In this document: positions 16,921 through 26,672 of the stretch, piece by piece
Layout: each line of letters starts with the position of its first letter
Numbering within the stretch: the first letter of the stretch is position 1
Origin: Candidatus Woesearchaeota archaeon
GTDB lineage: Archaea; Nanobdellota; Nanobdellia; Woesearchaeales; JACPBO01
Length of the DNA stretch: 32,260 bases
Assembly (NCBI GenBank): GCA_016180285.1
Contig: JACPBO010000007.1
Coordinates: 1-32,260 of the forward strand
Direction: 5' to 3'
Notes under the pieces: generated by a model
Database searches by the model: none
Seen by the model: the letters and a program-made list of their open reading frames with translations, nothing else
What the model was told of the DNA's origin: nothing
Made by a program: the position numbers and the translations under genes

Positions 16921-17661
16921 ATGTCAATAAGAGATCTAAAAGGCAAAGTAGATGATTTAATACCCGTTCAAAATGTGCTTATTAGCGTATACGATAAAAA
17001 TGGCTTGGAAGAGCTGATTCCAGGATTATTAAAAATAAATCCGCATGTAGAATTCATATCCACCGGAGGAACATATACAAAAATCAAAGAAATATTAGGG
17101 AGAAGTGCAACATATAGCCTCAAGGAGGTTGCAGATTATACGGGCTTTCCAGAGATGAAGGGCGGGCTAGTTAAAACACTGCATCCTAAGATTCATGCTG
17201 GCATTTTAGGCGAAAGAAATAACCCGGAGCATCAGAGATACTTGAATGAAGATTTAAATGGAGCCGTCTATATTGATATGGTTGTTGTTAATCTTTATCC
17301 GTTTAAGGAAATGATCAAAAAGATAGAAGCAGGCGAAATTAATAAGCAAACAGGCAAACCTTATAATTTTGAATCTGCAAGGGGGAATATTGATATTGGA
17401 GGGCCAACAATGATTAGAGCAGCTGCAAAGAACTTTCCAGGCTGCGCTGTTGTCTGCGATTCCAGGGATTATGATAACGTATTGAAAACTGTTGGAAATA
17501 ATAATGGCTGCACTTTATTTACACAAAGATTAATACTTGCCGAGAAGGCTTTTAACCAGACATCTGACTATGAAAATGCAATTTCGAAATATTTTTTTGA
17601 AAAAACAGGCAGCGGCGATGACATTATGAAAATAGCAAAAGAGTATGGTATTGAAATGTGA
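16921..17661 (+). CDS. purH: Stand-alone IMP cyclohydrolase (N-terminal MGS-like domain of PurH)
   Basis: LISVYDK, STGGT, TGFPE..GGLVKTLHP, VVNLYPF and IDIGGPTMIRAAAKN motifs; ends before the AICAR transformylase domain. Confidence 0.9.
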   Translation: MSIRDLKGKVDDLIPVQNVLISVYDKNGLEELIPGLLKINPHVEFISTGGTYTKIKEILGRSATYSLKEVADYTGFPEMKGGLVKTLHPKIHAGILGERNNPEHQRYLNEDLNGAVYIDMVVVNLYPFKEMIKKIEAGEINKQTGKPYNFESARGNIDIGGPTMIRAAAKNFPGCAVVCDSRDYDNVLKTVGNNNGCTLFTQRLILAEKAFNQTSDYENAISKYFFEKTGSGDDIMKIAKEYGIEM

Positions 17662-19106
17662 CTAAAATGCAAGAAGGAAAAATAAAGGTGAACGAAATGC
17701 CAGATGAACTAAATCCATTAACTGCAGTCAGCCCGATAGATGGCAGATATCATAGCAAAACTAAAGATTTAACATATTATTTTTCAGAAGCAGCTCTTAT
17801 GAAATACAGGGTGAAAATAGAGTCTAAATATTTATGCGCACTTTCTGATTTTAAAGTCATAAGAAGGCTTAATTTGTCTGAAGAAGAGCTATTGGGAAAT
17901 CTGCCAGATAATTTCAGCTTAGAAGATGCAAAGCAGATAAAAGAAGAAGAAAAAGTTACAAACCATGATGTTAAGGCTGTTGAATATTTCATGAGGAAAA
18001 AATTGAAAGGGACTTCTTTGAATGATGTGGCTGGAATGCTGCACTTTGGGTTGACATCATACGACATAAATGACAATGCAGCTTACATGATGCTAAGGGA
18101 CGGAATAAATAAAGTTTATAGGCCATCGCTTGTAAAGCTTGAGGAAAAGATTCTGAGCTTGGCTGAAGAATATAAACAAATGCCCATGCTTGGAAGAACA
18201 CACGGGCAGCCCGCTTCTCCAACAACCCTTGGAAAAGAATTTTCTGTTTTCGGCAGAAGGCTTGCTTATGAATTAGAAAACTTAGTTAATGCAAGGTATT
18301 CTGGAAAATTAAATGGCGCAGTTGGCAATTATAATGCGCTTCAAGCAGCTTTTCCTAACATAGACTGGATTCAATTTAGCAAAAAATTCTTGGAATCCCT
18401 AGGTCTTTCCCCAAATTTAATAACTACTCAGATAGAGCCGCATGATGCTCTTGTCGGGATATTCCACAATATGATCAGAATCAACAATATCATTCTTGGC
18501 CTAGACCAAGATGTATGGAGATACATAAGCGATGATTATCTGCTGCAAAAGCCAAAAGAGGGTGAAATCGGCAGCTCTACAATGCCGCATAAGATAAACC
18601 CAATTGACTTTGAGAACAGCGAAGGAAACATTATCGCAGCCAATGGCCTTTTGAGCGCATTTGCATCAAAGCTGCAAGTTTCAAGGCTGCAGCGCGACTT
18701 GAGCGATTCAACAATTACTAGGAACATAGGCTCTGCTGTTGCATACTGCCTTTTGGCTTCAGATAGCGCTTTTAAGGGGCTTGGAAAGATATACGCAAAT
18801 AAGGAGTTGATGCTGAAAGAATTGCAAGGCCATATTGAAATACTGGCAGAGCCAATACAAACAATTCTCAGGAAAGAGAATGTGCCAGAAGCGTATGAAA
18901 AACTAAAAGAATTGACGAGAGGCAAGGAAGTGAGCACGAACGACATTGCTTTGTTTATAGATGATATTGGCGTTTCGCAAGAAGCAAAACAAAGGCTTCG
19001 CGCATTAAAGCCAGAGAACTACATTGGCTTGGCAGTTGAGCTGACAGAATTGGCGATAAAAGATTCGAGAAGTATTTTATCACATATAGGTCAACCAAAG
19101 AAATAA
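17658..19106 (+). CDS. purB: Adenylosuccinate lyase (E. coli-type)
   Basis: SPIDGRY, TNHDVKAVEY, RTHGQ, GSSTMPHKINPIDFENSEGN and SRLQRDL motifs. The true start may be ATG 17667 or 17697. Confidence 0.97.
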   Translation: MTKMQEGKIKVNEMPDELNPLTAVSPIDGRYHSKTKDLTYYFSEAALMKYRVKIESKYLCALSDFKVIRRLNLSEEELLGNLPDNFSLEDAKQIKEEEKVTNHDVKAVEYFMRKKLKGTSLNDVAGMLHFGLTSYDINDNAAYMMLRDGINKVYRPSLVKLEEKILSLAEEYKQMPMLGRTHGQPASPTTLGKEFSVFGRRLAYELENLVNARYSGKLNGAVGNYNALQAAFPNIDWIQFSKKFLESLGLSPNLITTQIEPHDALVGIFHNMIRINNIILGLDQDVWRYISDDYLLQKPKEGEIGSSTMPHKINPIDFENSEGNIIAANGLLSAFASKLQVSRLQRDLSDSTITRNIGSAVAYCLLASDSAFKGLGKIYANKELMLKELQGHIEILAEPIQTILRKENVPEAYEKLKELTRGKEVSTNDIALFIDDIGVSQEAKQRLRALKPENYIGLAVELTELAIKDSRSILSHIGQPKK

Positions 19107-19124
19107 AATTCAGGAGGGAGAAAA

Positions 19125-20186
19125 ATGCCGATTGATAAAAAACTAATAACGCGAGATATTATGAGCAACACTTTGAAGAGGGAAATCTATCCTGAAATTG
19201 ATGTCAGAACCCCTCCCAAAATGGGAAAGGTAAGAACTGTCTATGATGTTGCAGTTAATCAATTGCTTATGATATCCAGCGACAATCTCTCAACTCATGA
19301 TGTGGTGCATGAAAGGCAGGTATACGCAAAGGGCGAAAACCTTGATGCAATCTCATCATATTTTTTTGAAAAAACAAAGCACATTATCCGAAATCATTTT
19401 ATTGAGAACATTGCGCCTAACACGTGGCGTGTGCTAAAAGCAAAGCCAATATTGGTGGAAATGGTTTTCAGAAAATATCTGACAGGAAGCGGCTGGAAAG
19501 CTTATCAAGAAGCGAATGGTCCTGAAAAAGGGATGGAGTTTTGCGGTGTAAACTTAAGGCCAGGCTACAGAAAGAATGAGAAATTGGATGAGGTAATATT
19601 CACGCCAACAGCAAAAGGCCAGGTTAAAGATTTTCTAATTCCTGAGTTTAATGGCTTAAATCCAGAAGCAAATGACCCTAAACTTACAGCCGAGATTATA
19701 AAAAGGAATTATGAAGCATTTGGCTTGAGAAGGCCGGAAGACCTTAATCGCATAATGGAGATAGGGTTTGCGCTGTTTGATTTCATACACTCTTATCTGG
19801 AAACCAAAAGATATTTGCCAGCAGATACAAAATGGGAATTTGGATACCTGCCTGGAGGGGATATCGGATTGATAGATGAGCATGTAACTCCAGATTCTTC
19901 AAGATTTTGGGAGAAAGACGAGTACAAGTTCAACCAAGAAAAAAATGAATTCACTATTGTACAGGCTGATAAGCAGCATTACAGAGATCATGTAGAAAGC
20001 CTTGGCTTGCATAAAGATGAAAAAAAGCTTGCAAAATATTGGATGCCTGATGATGTTATGGCAGAGGGGATAGTGAAGTACTGCAATATAAGGGAAGCAA
20101 TAACAGGGACGTTGCCTGAGATAACAACAACACCCAGGAGAAAGATCATATTGGAAGCATTAGCAGAAGAAGGTTATTTAAAATAG
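19125..20186 (+). CDS. purC: SAICAR synthetase (long form)
   Basis: GKVRTVY, SDNLSTHD, VEMVFRKYLTGSGW, FTPTAK, DTKWEFG, IDEHVTPDSSRFW and DKQ motifs. Confidence 0.95.
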   Translation: MPIDKKLITRDIMSNTLKREIYPEIDVRTPPKMGKVRTVYDVAVNQLLMISSDNLSTHDVVHERQVYAKGENLDAISSYFFEKTKHIIRNHFIENIAPNTWRVLKAKPILVEMVFRKYLTGSGWKAYQEANGPEKGMEFCGVNLRPGYRKNEKLDEVIFTPTAKGQVKDFLIPEFNGLNPEANDPKLTAEIIKRNYEAFGLRRPEDLNRIMEIGFALFDFIHSYLETKRYLPADTKWEFGYLPGGDIGLIDEHVTPDSSRFWEKDEYKFNQEKNEFTIVQADKQHYRDHVESLGLHKDEKKLAKYWMPDDVMAEGIVKYCNIREAITGTLPEITTTPRRKIILEALAEEGYLK

Positions 20187-20196
20187 GGGGTAAAAA

Positions 20197-21495
20197 ATGG
20201 CAAACGTACTCGTTATCGGATCAGGCGGAAGAGAGCATGCTTTAGTTTGGAAATTAAGGAAGAGCGATTATGTTCAAAATTTATATTGCGCTCCAGGCAA
20301 TGGCGGGACTGCGCTTAATGCAACAAATGTGCCAATAACAATAAACGGATCTGATTTTGGCGGAATCGATAATTTAGTCAGAGAGAAGAAAATTGACCTG
20401 ACTGTTGTAGGCCCGGAAGTTCACTTGGTCAATGGCATTGTTGATTATTACAAGGACAATGGACTGATTGATGAAGAACATTTTATTTTTGGACCGACAA
20501 AGTCTGCCGCTAGATTGGAAGGAAGCAAAGCTTTTGCAAAGGACTTTATGTTTAGGCACAGCATACCTACTGCCGGCTTTAAGATACTATATGACTCCGA
20601 TGCAGCCAAAGCTTATCTTCGCAGCCAGGAAATGCCTATTGTTATCAAGGCATCAGGCCTTGCTTCTGGAAAAGGCAGCATTGTATGCAAGACATTAGAG
20701 GAAGCAGATAATTCAATTGAAAGGATTATGATTAAAAAAGAGTTCAAAGATTCTGGCGACGAAGTTGTGATAGAGGAATTCATGGAAGGCCAGGAAGCAA
20801 GCATACTTGCTTTAACAGATGGAAATGAAATAAGGGTTTTGGCTTCATCTCAGGACCACAAGCAGATTTATGATGGAGATGAAGGACCTAATACAGGCGG
20901 CATGGGGGCTTATGCGCCTGCTCCAATTGCCACAGACGAGATAATGGCAAAAGTTCATGAAAGAATACTGTTGCCGACAATAAACGGCATGAAGGAGGAA
21001 AATAACCCGTTCACCGGCTGCTTGTACGTTGGCTTGATGATCAAAGACAAGGAGCCAAGAGTTGTCGAGTTCAATGCAAGATTTGGCGACCCTGAAGCGC
21101 AGCCTGTTCTGTCTTTGCTGGAAAATGACTTGTACCTGCTGCTTAAGTCATGCGTTAAAGGCACATTAGGCACCCATCAAATAAGAAACAAGAAAGGAGC
21201 AGCATGCTGCGTTGTAATGGTTTCTGGCGGCTATCCAGGAAAATATGAAGAGGGCAAGGAAATTTTTGGCCTGGAAGATGCTGCAAATATCGAAAATGTT
21301 TATGTTTTCCATGCAGGAACAAAAAAAGAAGGCGGTAAAATATTGACAAATGGCGGCAGAGTGTTGGGAGTAACCGGGGTTGGAAAAAACATTGAGGATT
21401 CAATTAAAATCGCATATTCAGGTGTTGAAAAGATCAGATGGGAGAAGGAATATCATAGGACAGATATCGGAGCAAAGGCTTTGAACAGAAAATGA
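20197..21495 (+). CDS. purD: Phosphoribosylamine-glycine ligase
   Basis: GSGGREHA, APGNGG, LEGSKAFAK, QDHK, GPNTGGMGAY, EFNARFGDPE, FHAGT and GGRVL motifs. Confidence 0.97.
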   Translation: MANVLVIGSGGREHALVWKLRKSDYVQNLYCAPGNGGTALNATNVPITINGSDFGGIDNLVREKKIDLTVVGPEVHLVNGIVDYYKDNGLIDEEHFIFGPTKSAARLEGSKAFAKDFMFRHSIPTAGFKILYDSDAAKAYLRSQEMPIVIKASGLASGKGSIVCKTLEEADNSIERIMIKKEFKDSGDEVVIEEFMEGQEASILALTDGNEIRVLASSQDHKQIYDGDEGPNTGGMGAYAPAPIATDEIMAKVHERILLPTINGMKEENNPFTGCLYVGLMIKDKEPRVVEFNARFGDPEAQPVLSLLENDLYLLLKSCVKGTLGTHQIRNKKGAACCVVMVSGGYPGKYEEGKEIFGLEDAANIENVYVFHAGTKKEGGKILTNGGRVLGVTGVGKNIEDSIKIAYSGVEKIRWEKEYHRTDIGAKALNRK

Positions 21496-22391
21496 AAACA
21501 ATAGTAGATCGCCTTTCCAAGGTGGCTGTAGATATGCTAGAAAAAATTCCAGATGGGATTGAAATAATTATGAATAAAGCGGGCAATAATTTTGTTATGG
21601 CTCCTGTTGATTATTGCAGCAACCTTGTTTCACTCTTTGAGTTCATTGCTATTCACAGAGGAACTTCTGACGATTTATATTATTTAGGAGTAGCGCAATT
21701 AAAATTGGGCGATGAGAATGAGGATGAAAAGAGTGTTTTACTTTACAGACGAGCCATTAAAAATCTAGAATTATCAACAAAAACTGACAAGAAAAAACAC
21801 CATTTAAACTTCTACTTTCTTGGAGAAGCCCAATATAGCTTAGCTGAAGAATGTCAATTGGATGACCGGGAAAAAATACAGCTATACGGGCAGGCAGCAG
21901 AAAATTTTGAAAAGTCAATGCAGCTTAAAAGAAGGGGAAATCGATATGATTATCTTTGGCTTGGAAAAGCGCAATTACAACTAGGAGATTTGTTAACAGA
22001 CCAAAAACTGCATGATGAATCAATAAAGAATCTTGAAACAGCCCTGAAGCGTTCCAAAAATAAAGATCCTGAATGCTTTTATTGGCTTGGGTTGGCCCAA
22101 TATTCTTCAACAGATGCATTACTTGGTCCAGAAAAGCGGCTAAGACATGAAGAAGCAATTAAAAACTTTCAACATGCTGCATCTCTTGAGGAAGATGCCG
22201 ACTATTATTATTTTTTAGGCGAAGCCCTGATGAGTTTTGCAGAAGATGCATTTGACTTTTTACAAAAGAGAATTCTTCTTGAAGATTCCATTGCAAATCT
22301 TGATAAATCTTATAGCCTGAAAAAAGATCCTGAAACATTAGAAACAATTAATGAGGCTAAGAGCATGCTATTCGGGCAGCAGGGTGTATAA
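21492..22391 (+). CDS. Tetratricopeptide repeat protein
   Basis: Five repeats of Y[YFW]LG.A...L........A...F/L (YYLGVAQ, YFLGEAQ, LWLGKAQ, YWLGLAQ, YFLGEAL); ATGA-coupled to purD. Confidence 0.85.
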   Translation: MKTIVDRLSKVAVDMLEKIPDGIEIIMNKAGNNFVMAPVDYCSNLVSLFEFIAIHRGTSDDLYYLGVAQLKLGDENEDEKSVLLYRRAIKNLELSTKTDKKKHHLNFYFLGEAQYSLAEECQLDDREKIQLYGQAAENFEKSMQLKRRGNRYDYLWLGKAQLQLGDLLTDQKLHDESIKNLETALKRSKNKDPECFYWLGLAQYSSTDALLGPEKRLRHEEAIKNFQHAASLEEDADYYYFLGEALMSFAEDAFDFLQKRILLEDSIANLDKSYSLKKDPETLETINEAKSMLFGQQGV

Positions 22392-22392
22392 A

Positions 22393-23169
22393 ATGACAGA
22401 AAAAACAACTCCAATCTATTCAGGCAAATACGAAGATTTCAACTGGGTCGGCTTTGGCTCAGGATCTGGCACCAATCTGAGGGAATGCGCTAAAGTGATA
22501 AAGCCGAAGTTGATATTTTCTGATAAAGAGGATGCCGGGCTATTGGCGCTTGAGGAGCTGGCTGATGTTGAGAAGAGGTTTCTTAAAAAAGAAGAAGGTG
22601 AAAAAAGCGCAGATTATAATTACAAAATATTGACTTTATTAAAAAATTGTGAAAAAGAAAATGGCTTTACAATTGACCTCATAGTTCTTGGAGGCTATAT
22701 GAGGCTGATTAAAGAGCCATTGCTAGGCGCTTTCAAAGACAAAATAATCAATGTGCACCCTGCAGATCTTTCTATTTTAACAGGAGATGGATCTAAAAAA
22801 TATAGAAAGTACATTGGCGATGATGCGGTTTATGATGCGATAAATGCAGGAGAAATAGCAACTAAATCTTCGGTGATAATGGTTGATGAAAGTGAAGACC
22901 ATGGCGAGATTCTGGCGCAGGGTTCTAAAGTTGATGTTGTGAATAATTTAAAAGAAAAATTCGGATTGAGGGAATACGCAAAAATGCACCAGGATGTACA
23001 GAAAAAAGTTAGTGACTGGCCTGCCCTGACAAATGCTTTAAAAATGATAGCTGAGGGAAGGATCGCATTAGGAACTGAAAAAACCCATTTCAATGAATGG
23101 CGGACTGTTTATGTTGATGGAAAAGCAACGGTGTATGAGGGGTTTAGGGTTAAGTTAAATGGAGGTTAG
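22393..23169 (+). CDS. purN: Phosphoribosylglycinamide formyltransferase-like (folate-dependent)
   Basis: GSGSGTN phosphate loop, LGGYMR, INVHPA (catalytic N/H) and DHGEIL (catalytic D). Confidence 0.85.
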   Translation: MTEKTTPIYSGKYEDFNWVGFGSGSGTNLRECAKVIKPKLIFSDKEDAGLLALEELADVEKRFLKKEEGEKSADYNYKILTLLKNCEKENGFTIDLIVLGGYMRLIKEPLLGAFKDKIINVHPADLSILTGDGSKKYRKYIGDDAVYDAINAGEIATKSSVIMVDESEDHGEILAQGSKVDVVNNLKEKFGLREYAKMHQDVQKKVSDWPALTNALKMIAEGRIALGTEKTHFNEWRTVYVDGKATVYEGFRVKLNGG

Positions 23170-23173
23170 CAAA

Positions 23174-23512
23174 ATGAAAGAGCCACTTGATGAGAAAGTA
23201 AAAAAAGAGATTGATAAATGGAGAACATCAGGAAGAAAATATTATGGTTGGGTGGAAAGAAACATCAACCAATTAAGAGCAATATATCGTGGTAAAGACA
23301 CTATTGTTTCTGATTGTCGTACAGAAATATCGGAGCCTATACAAGAGCTATACCTAAAAGATCATGTGCTATTGCTCATGGGAAAAAACCATAGAAAGTG
23401 GATAGATGTATTCTATTGTTCATTTGACGAAAAATATGCAATAACAATAACAAATTTTAGTACAGGGGATACGCCTGCTGAATTAAGAATAGGATTTAAG
23501 GCTTATGAATAA
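23174..23512 (+). CDS. Hypothetical protein, last gene of purine cluster
   Basis: GGAGG SD before ATG 23174; same strand and tightly spaced. Confidence 0.6.
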   Translation: MKEPLDEKVKKEIDKWRTSGRKYYGWVERNINQLRAIYRGKDTIVSDCRTEISEPIQELYLKDHVLLLMGKNHRKWIDVFYCSFDEKYAITITNFSTGDTPAELRIGFKAYE

Positions 23513-23620
23513 AAAAACGATCTTCACTTTAATTTTTATCTCTGGTTGCTTAACAGGTGACTAAAGTTTTAAGAAATCATAATCAAAACCTATATAAACA
23601 ACCTGTTTCATAAAATTATT

Positions 23621-24088
23621 ATGGATCAAAAAGTCTCAAAAGACACGCCATTGGCTGAGATAACTTTAAGGAGATATGAAAAGCCGCAGAATCTTGAAAA
23701 AAGGGATCTTGTCAAAAAACTGTGCCTGAGCCTTGGTTTGCTGCAGCCAGGTGATTCCAGGGATGTTGTTGTTGATATTCTTTATGTCCTGCTGGAAGCA
23801 AAGAAAAACAAGAAGGAATTAAGCAGTGTTGATGTTGAAGAGCAGGTTAAGGAATTAAGAAAAAGCCATAAGCTTGCAATGCTCGGCGTAGCAGGATCAA
23901 ACATAAGAAGGCAGCTGAAAAGATTGAGGGATCTGTTCCTGATAGAAAAAACAGGCAATATGTACAGGATTACAGAGCATTCCATGATATTTGATGTATT
24001 CAACGAGAAAATAGAAAGCTTTTTATTAAGCTCGATATTAACAAGGGTAAAAGAGTATGTTAAAAAAATAGATGAGGAATTCAAATGA
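23621..24088 (+). CDS. Conserved archaeal winged-helix-like protein
   Basis: TATATAAA at 23591-23598. EITLRRYEKP...CLSLGLLQPGDSRD and SNIRRQLKRLRDLFLIEK..NMYRI wHTH-like pattern. Confidence 0.7.
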   Translation: MDQKVSKDTPLAEITLRRYEKPQNLEKRDLVKKLCLSLGLLQPGDSRDVVVDILYVLLEAKKNKKELSSVDVEEQVKELRKSHKLAMLGVAGSNIRRQLKRLRDLFLIEKTGNMYRITEHSMIFDVFNEKIESFLLSSILTRVKEYVKKIDEEFK

Positions 24089-24549
24089 ACCATTGGATAT
24101 TGGATGAATTTTTAAAATACCTTATCGAGTCTTCTATTGAAGGCAAGGTGGTGTTGGAAGTTACACAAGGCATAAATGTGCAATTTAATGTTGGCAAGCC
24201 TTATTTATTAAGTGCAAGCTTGCCGATGCATAATCAAAAGGAAGAAACAGAAAGGCTAGAGCAGGCGTTAGTTAATGTTATTGCAAAGAAATACAATTTA
24301 AAAGCTAGGCATGTAAATGGAAGTGGAGTTTTATATTGCGATAATAAAGCTTGTTCGAAAAGCACATTCGAAAGAAAAAAAGATGCAGCCAGATTATTAA
24401 GTGCAGCATGCACTGAATACTTTAACATCAGATTAGATGGCACATTTGGCCAAGCAGAAGCCAGGATAAAAAATGTTGTAAACTCGGCTTACCAATCTAT
24501 TGATGCAAAAGCATTAGAAGAGGCTAAAACACTAGTTGATGAAAAATGA
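24085..24549 (+). CDS. Hypothetical protein
   Basis: 154-aa ORF with ATGA overlaps at both ends. Confidence 0.7.
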   Translation: MNHWILDEFLKYLIESSIEGKVVLEVTQGINVQFNVGKPYLLSASLPMHNQKEETERLEQALVNVIAKKYNLKARHVNGSGVLYCDNKACSKSTFERKKDAARLLSAACTEYFNIRLDGTFGQAEARIKNVVNSAYQSIDAKALEEAKTLVDEK

Positions 24550-24695
24550 ACAACATACTGTGCATAAAATGCAAAGTCGGAAAAATGGTCAGAAAAGGCG
24601 TAATGGACAGCGGCAATTCACGCTATACCAATTATGAATGCGATCACTGCGGGAATCTAATTACAATGTGCGAAGGGCTTAATCCTGAAAAATAA
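24546..24695 (+). CDS. Small zinc-ribbon protein (49 aa; not in ORF track)
   Basis: MNNILCIKCKVGKMVRKGVMDSGNSRYTNYECDHCGNLITMCEGLNPEK: two CxxC pairs, ATGA-coupled to the upstream gene. Confidence 0.75.
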   Translation: MNNILCIKCKVGKMVRKGVMDSGNSRYTNYECDHCGNLITMCEGLNPEK

Positions 24696-24720
24696 GTTAG
24701 GCCAAAGTGATGATTTCTTG

Positions 24721-25086
24721 TTAAAAATTTTGGCCAAATAGACTTTCACTATGCCTGTTTGAGATTCCCGCCAATTTCAACATTTTGCTCTTATTCGGGA
24801 TTATTTCTATTTTCGCATCTTTTTCCGAGTATAACAGCAACAATAGAGCATCAAAGTGATTTCCAGTATACTTTTTAAAATCATTTAATTGTAAATCGAA
24901 TGCTTGGTCTACTAATTCTATTGTTTCTGCTGCATCATGTCGATCTTTAAAATAGTCAACAATGTTCCTGATCTCGCTTATTAAATGGCGATATATAAAT
25001 TCATCATTGTTTTCTATTGAGGCCTCTTTGGCTTCTTCTATTAATCTCTCCAACAAGATTAGCGCTTTATTATAGACTTCATTCAT
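24721..25086 (-). CDS. Hypothetical protein
   Basis: 121-aa ORF filling the gap; GGGG SD-like sequence upstream; divergent from the methyltransferase. Confidence 0.6.
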   Translation of the reverse strand: MNEVYNKALILLERLIEEAKEASIENNDEFIYRHLISEIRNIVDYFKDRHDAAETIELVDQAFDLQLNDFKKYTGNHFDALLLLLYSEKDAKIEIIPNKSKMLKLAGISNRHSESLFGQNF

Positions 25087-25175
25087 ATTAGATGCTGCCC
25101 CATATTATATAATCCTGCATATAAGGTTTTAACTGCCTATATTTAAATATATCCTATGATAACACATTTAGAATA

Positions 25176-25715
25176 ATGATATATGAGCCTCAAGAAGATT
25201 CCTTATTGCTGCAAGAATATGTGAAAAAACATGCTTTTGGCATGGTCTTAGATGTAGGCGCTGGTTCAGGGATACAAGCGATAGAGGCAGCCAAAAAGAA
25301 AGTTGTGAAGAAAGTTATTGCTGCGGATATCCAAAAGGATGTTGTTGATTATTTAAAAAGCAAAATTAAAAACAAGAAGATAATAGCCAAGCAAAGCGAT
25401 CTTTTTTCAAATATTAAAAACATGAAATTTGACACGATTATTTTCAATCCGCCTTACCTTCCTTCTGATCTGAAAGTCAAAGACATAACCATAGAAGGGG
25501 GCAAAAAAGGATATGAGGTTATTGAAAGGTTTTTGAGCAAAGCAAATAATTATCTTAAAAAAGACGGCATTATTTTGATGGTTTTTTCATCGCTGACAAA
25601 GCCGAGAATGATCAATAAACTGATAAAGAAAAATAAGTTAAAATACAGATTATTGGGCAAAAAGCGCATATTCTTTGAAGAGATGATGGTTTATCTTGTT
25701 GAAAGAGAAAAATGA
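25176..25715 (+). CDS. HemK2/Mtq2-family protein glutamine methyltransferase
   Basis: YEPQEDSLLL start, LDVGAGSG SAM motif, SDLF and FNPPYLP. Confidence 0.92.
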   Translation: MIYEPQEDSLLLQEYVKKHAFGMVLDVGAGSGIQAIEAAKKKVVKKVIAADIQKDVVDYLKSKIKNKKIIAKQSDLFSNIKNMKFDTIIFNPPYLPSDLKVKDITIEGGKKGYEVIERFLSKANNYLKKDGIILMVFSSLTKPRMINKLIKKNKLKYRLLGKKRIFFEEMMVYLVEREK

Positions 25716-26299
25716 AATTCTACAAAAAAGGCAAGCGCGGATTGGTTTATTTCTCTAAATATAAGAACAAAAAAATAATCATCAAAATAAAGAATCCTGA
25801 AAGCAGGGCTGAAAACAGGATAGAGAATGAGTTCAGATTTTTAAAAATATTGAATAAAATGAACATTGGTCCAAATGCCCTATTCTTTAAAAATGGAAAG
25901 TTGGGGATGGAGTTTGTTGATGGTGTTTATTTCTTGGATTTTATTAAAAAAGAGAACAATAAAAATGCAATATTGAAAATAATAAAAACACTCTATGATC
26001 AATTATATCAATTAGACGAGCTGAAAATAAATAAGGAAGAGATGTCGCATCCGCACAAGCACATTATAGTGGCTGAGCATAATAAACCTGTCCTGATTGA
26101 CTTCGAGCGCGCACATTATGCTGCAAAGCCAGCCAATGTCACGCAGTTCTCGGTTTTTCTGGTCTCGGATTTTGTTTCAAAACTTTTAAAAGAGAAAAGT
26201 ATAAAAATAAACAGGCAAGACATGATTGAAAGCTGCAAAATTTACAAAAATAAAGCGGGCTACAACAACTTTTTGATGATCATAGGGCAAATCAGATGA
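25712..26299 (+). CDS. Archaeal atypical Ser/Thr kinase (RIO/Bud32-like fold)
   Basis: KGKRGLVY glycine loop, IIK, alphaC E, MEFVDG and LIDFE; ATGA-coupled to the methyltransferase. Confidence 0.8.
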   Translation: MKFYKKGKRGLVYFSKYKNKKIIIKIKNPESRAENRIENEFRFLKILNKMNIGPNALFFKNGKLGMEFVDGVYFLDFIKKENNKNAILKIIKTLYDQLYQLDELKINKEEMSHPHKHIIVAEHNKPVLIDFERAHYAAKPANVTQFSVFLVSDFVSKLLKEKSIKINRQDMIESCKIYKNKAGYNNFLMIIGQIR

Positions 26300-26664
26300 C
26301 AAAAAAGAGGATTGCAAAGAAAAGCTTCGAATGCGAGAACTGCGGGCAGTGCTGCAGGCTTCTTTTTAAGCCGAATAAGTCAGACATCGTGAAAATAGAG
26401 GCTGCAGGCCATGCTGATTTTCTAATGAACCATCCATTCAGGAAAGATCAGGAAGGCTATATGAAGCTGATCAATGGAGACTGTTTTTTCCTTGTAAAAA
26501 ATACCGACGGAACAAGCTCCTGCAGAATATATGATGCAAGGCCAAAGGCGTGCAGGGATTATCCTTTTTTCAGCAAAAAAACAGCAGAAGACTGCAAGCC
26601 AATGCACCATCTTGAGGAAGTCAAGGTCAGATATGCAAAAAATTTATATATTCCAAAGATATAG
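26296..26664 (+). CDS. YkgJ family cysteine-cluster (CxxCxxCC) protein
   Basis: FECENCGQCC, CFFL and CRIYDARPKACRDYPF motifs. Confidence 0.92.
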   Translation: MTKKRIAKKSFECENCGQCCRLLFKPNKSDIVKIEAAGHADFLMNHPFRKDQEGYMKLINGDCFFLVKNTDGTSSCRIYDARPKACRDYPFFSKKTAEDCKPMHHLEEVKVRYAKNLYIPKI

Positions 26665-26672
26665 CTGTTAAA

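Noticed and set aside
23552..23607. AACAGGT/ACCTGTT inverted repeat around a TATA box
   Set aside because: Only 7 bp with a long spacer; plausible by chance.
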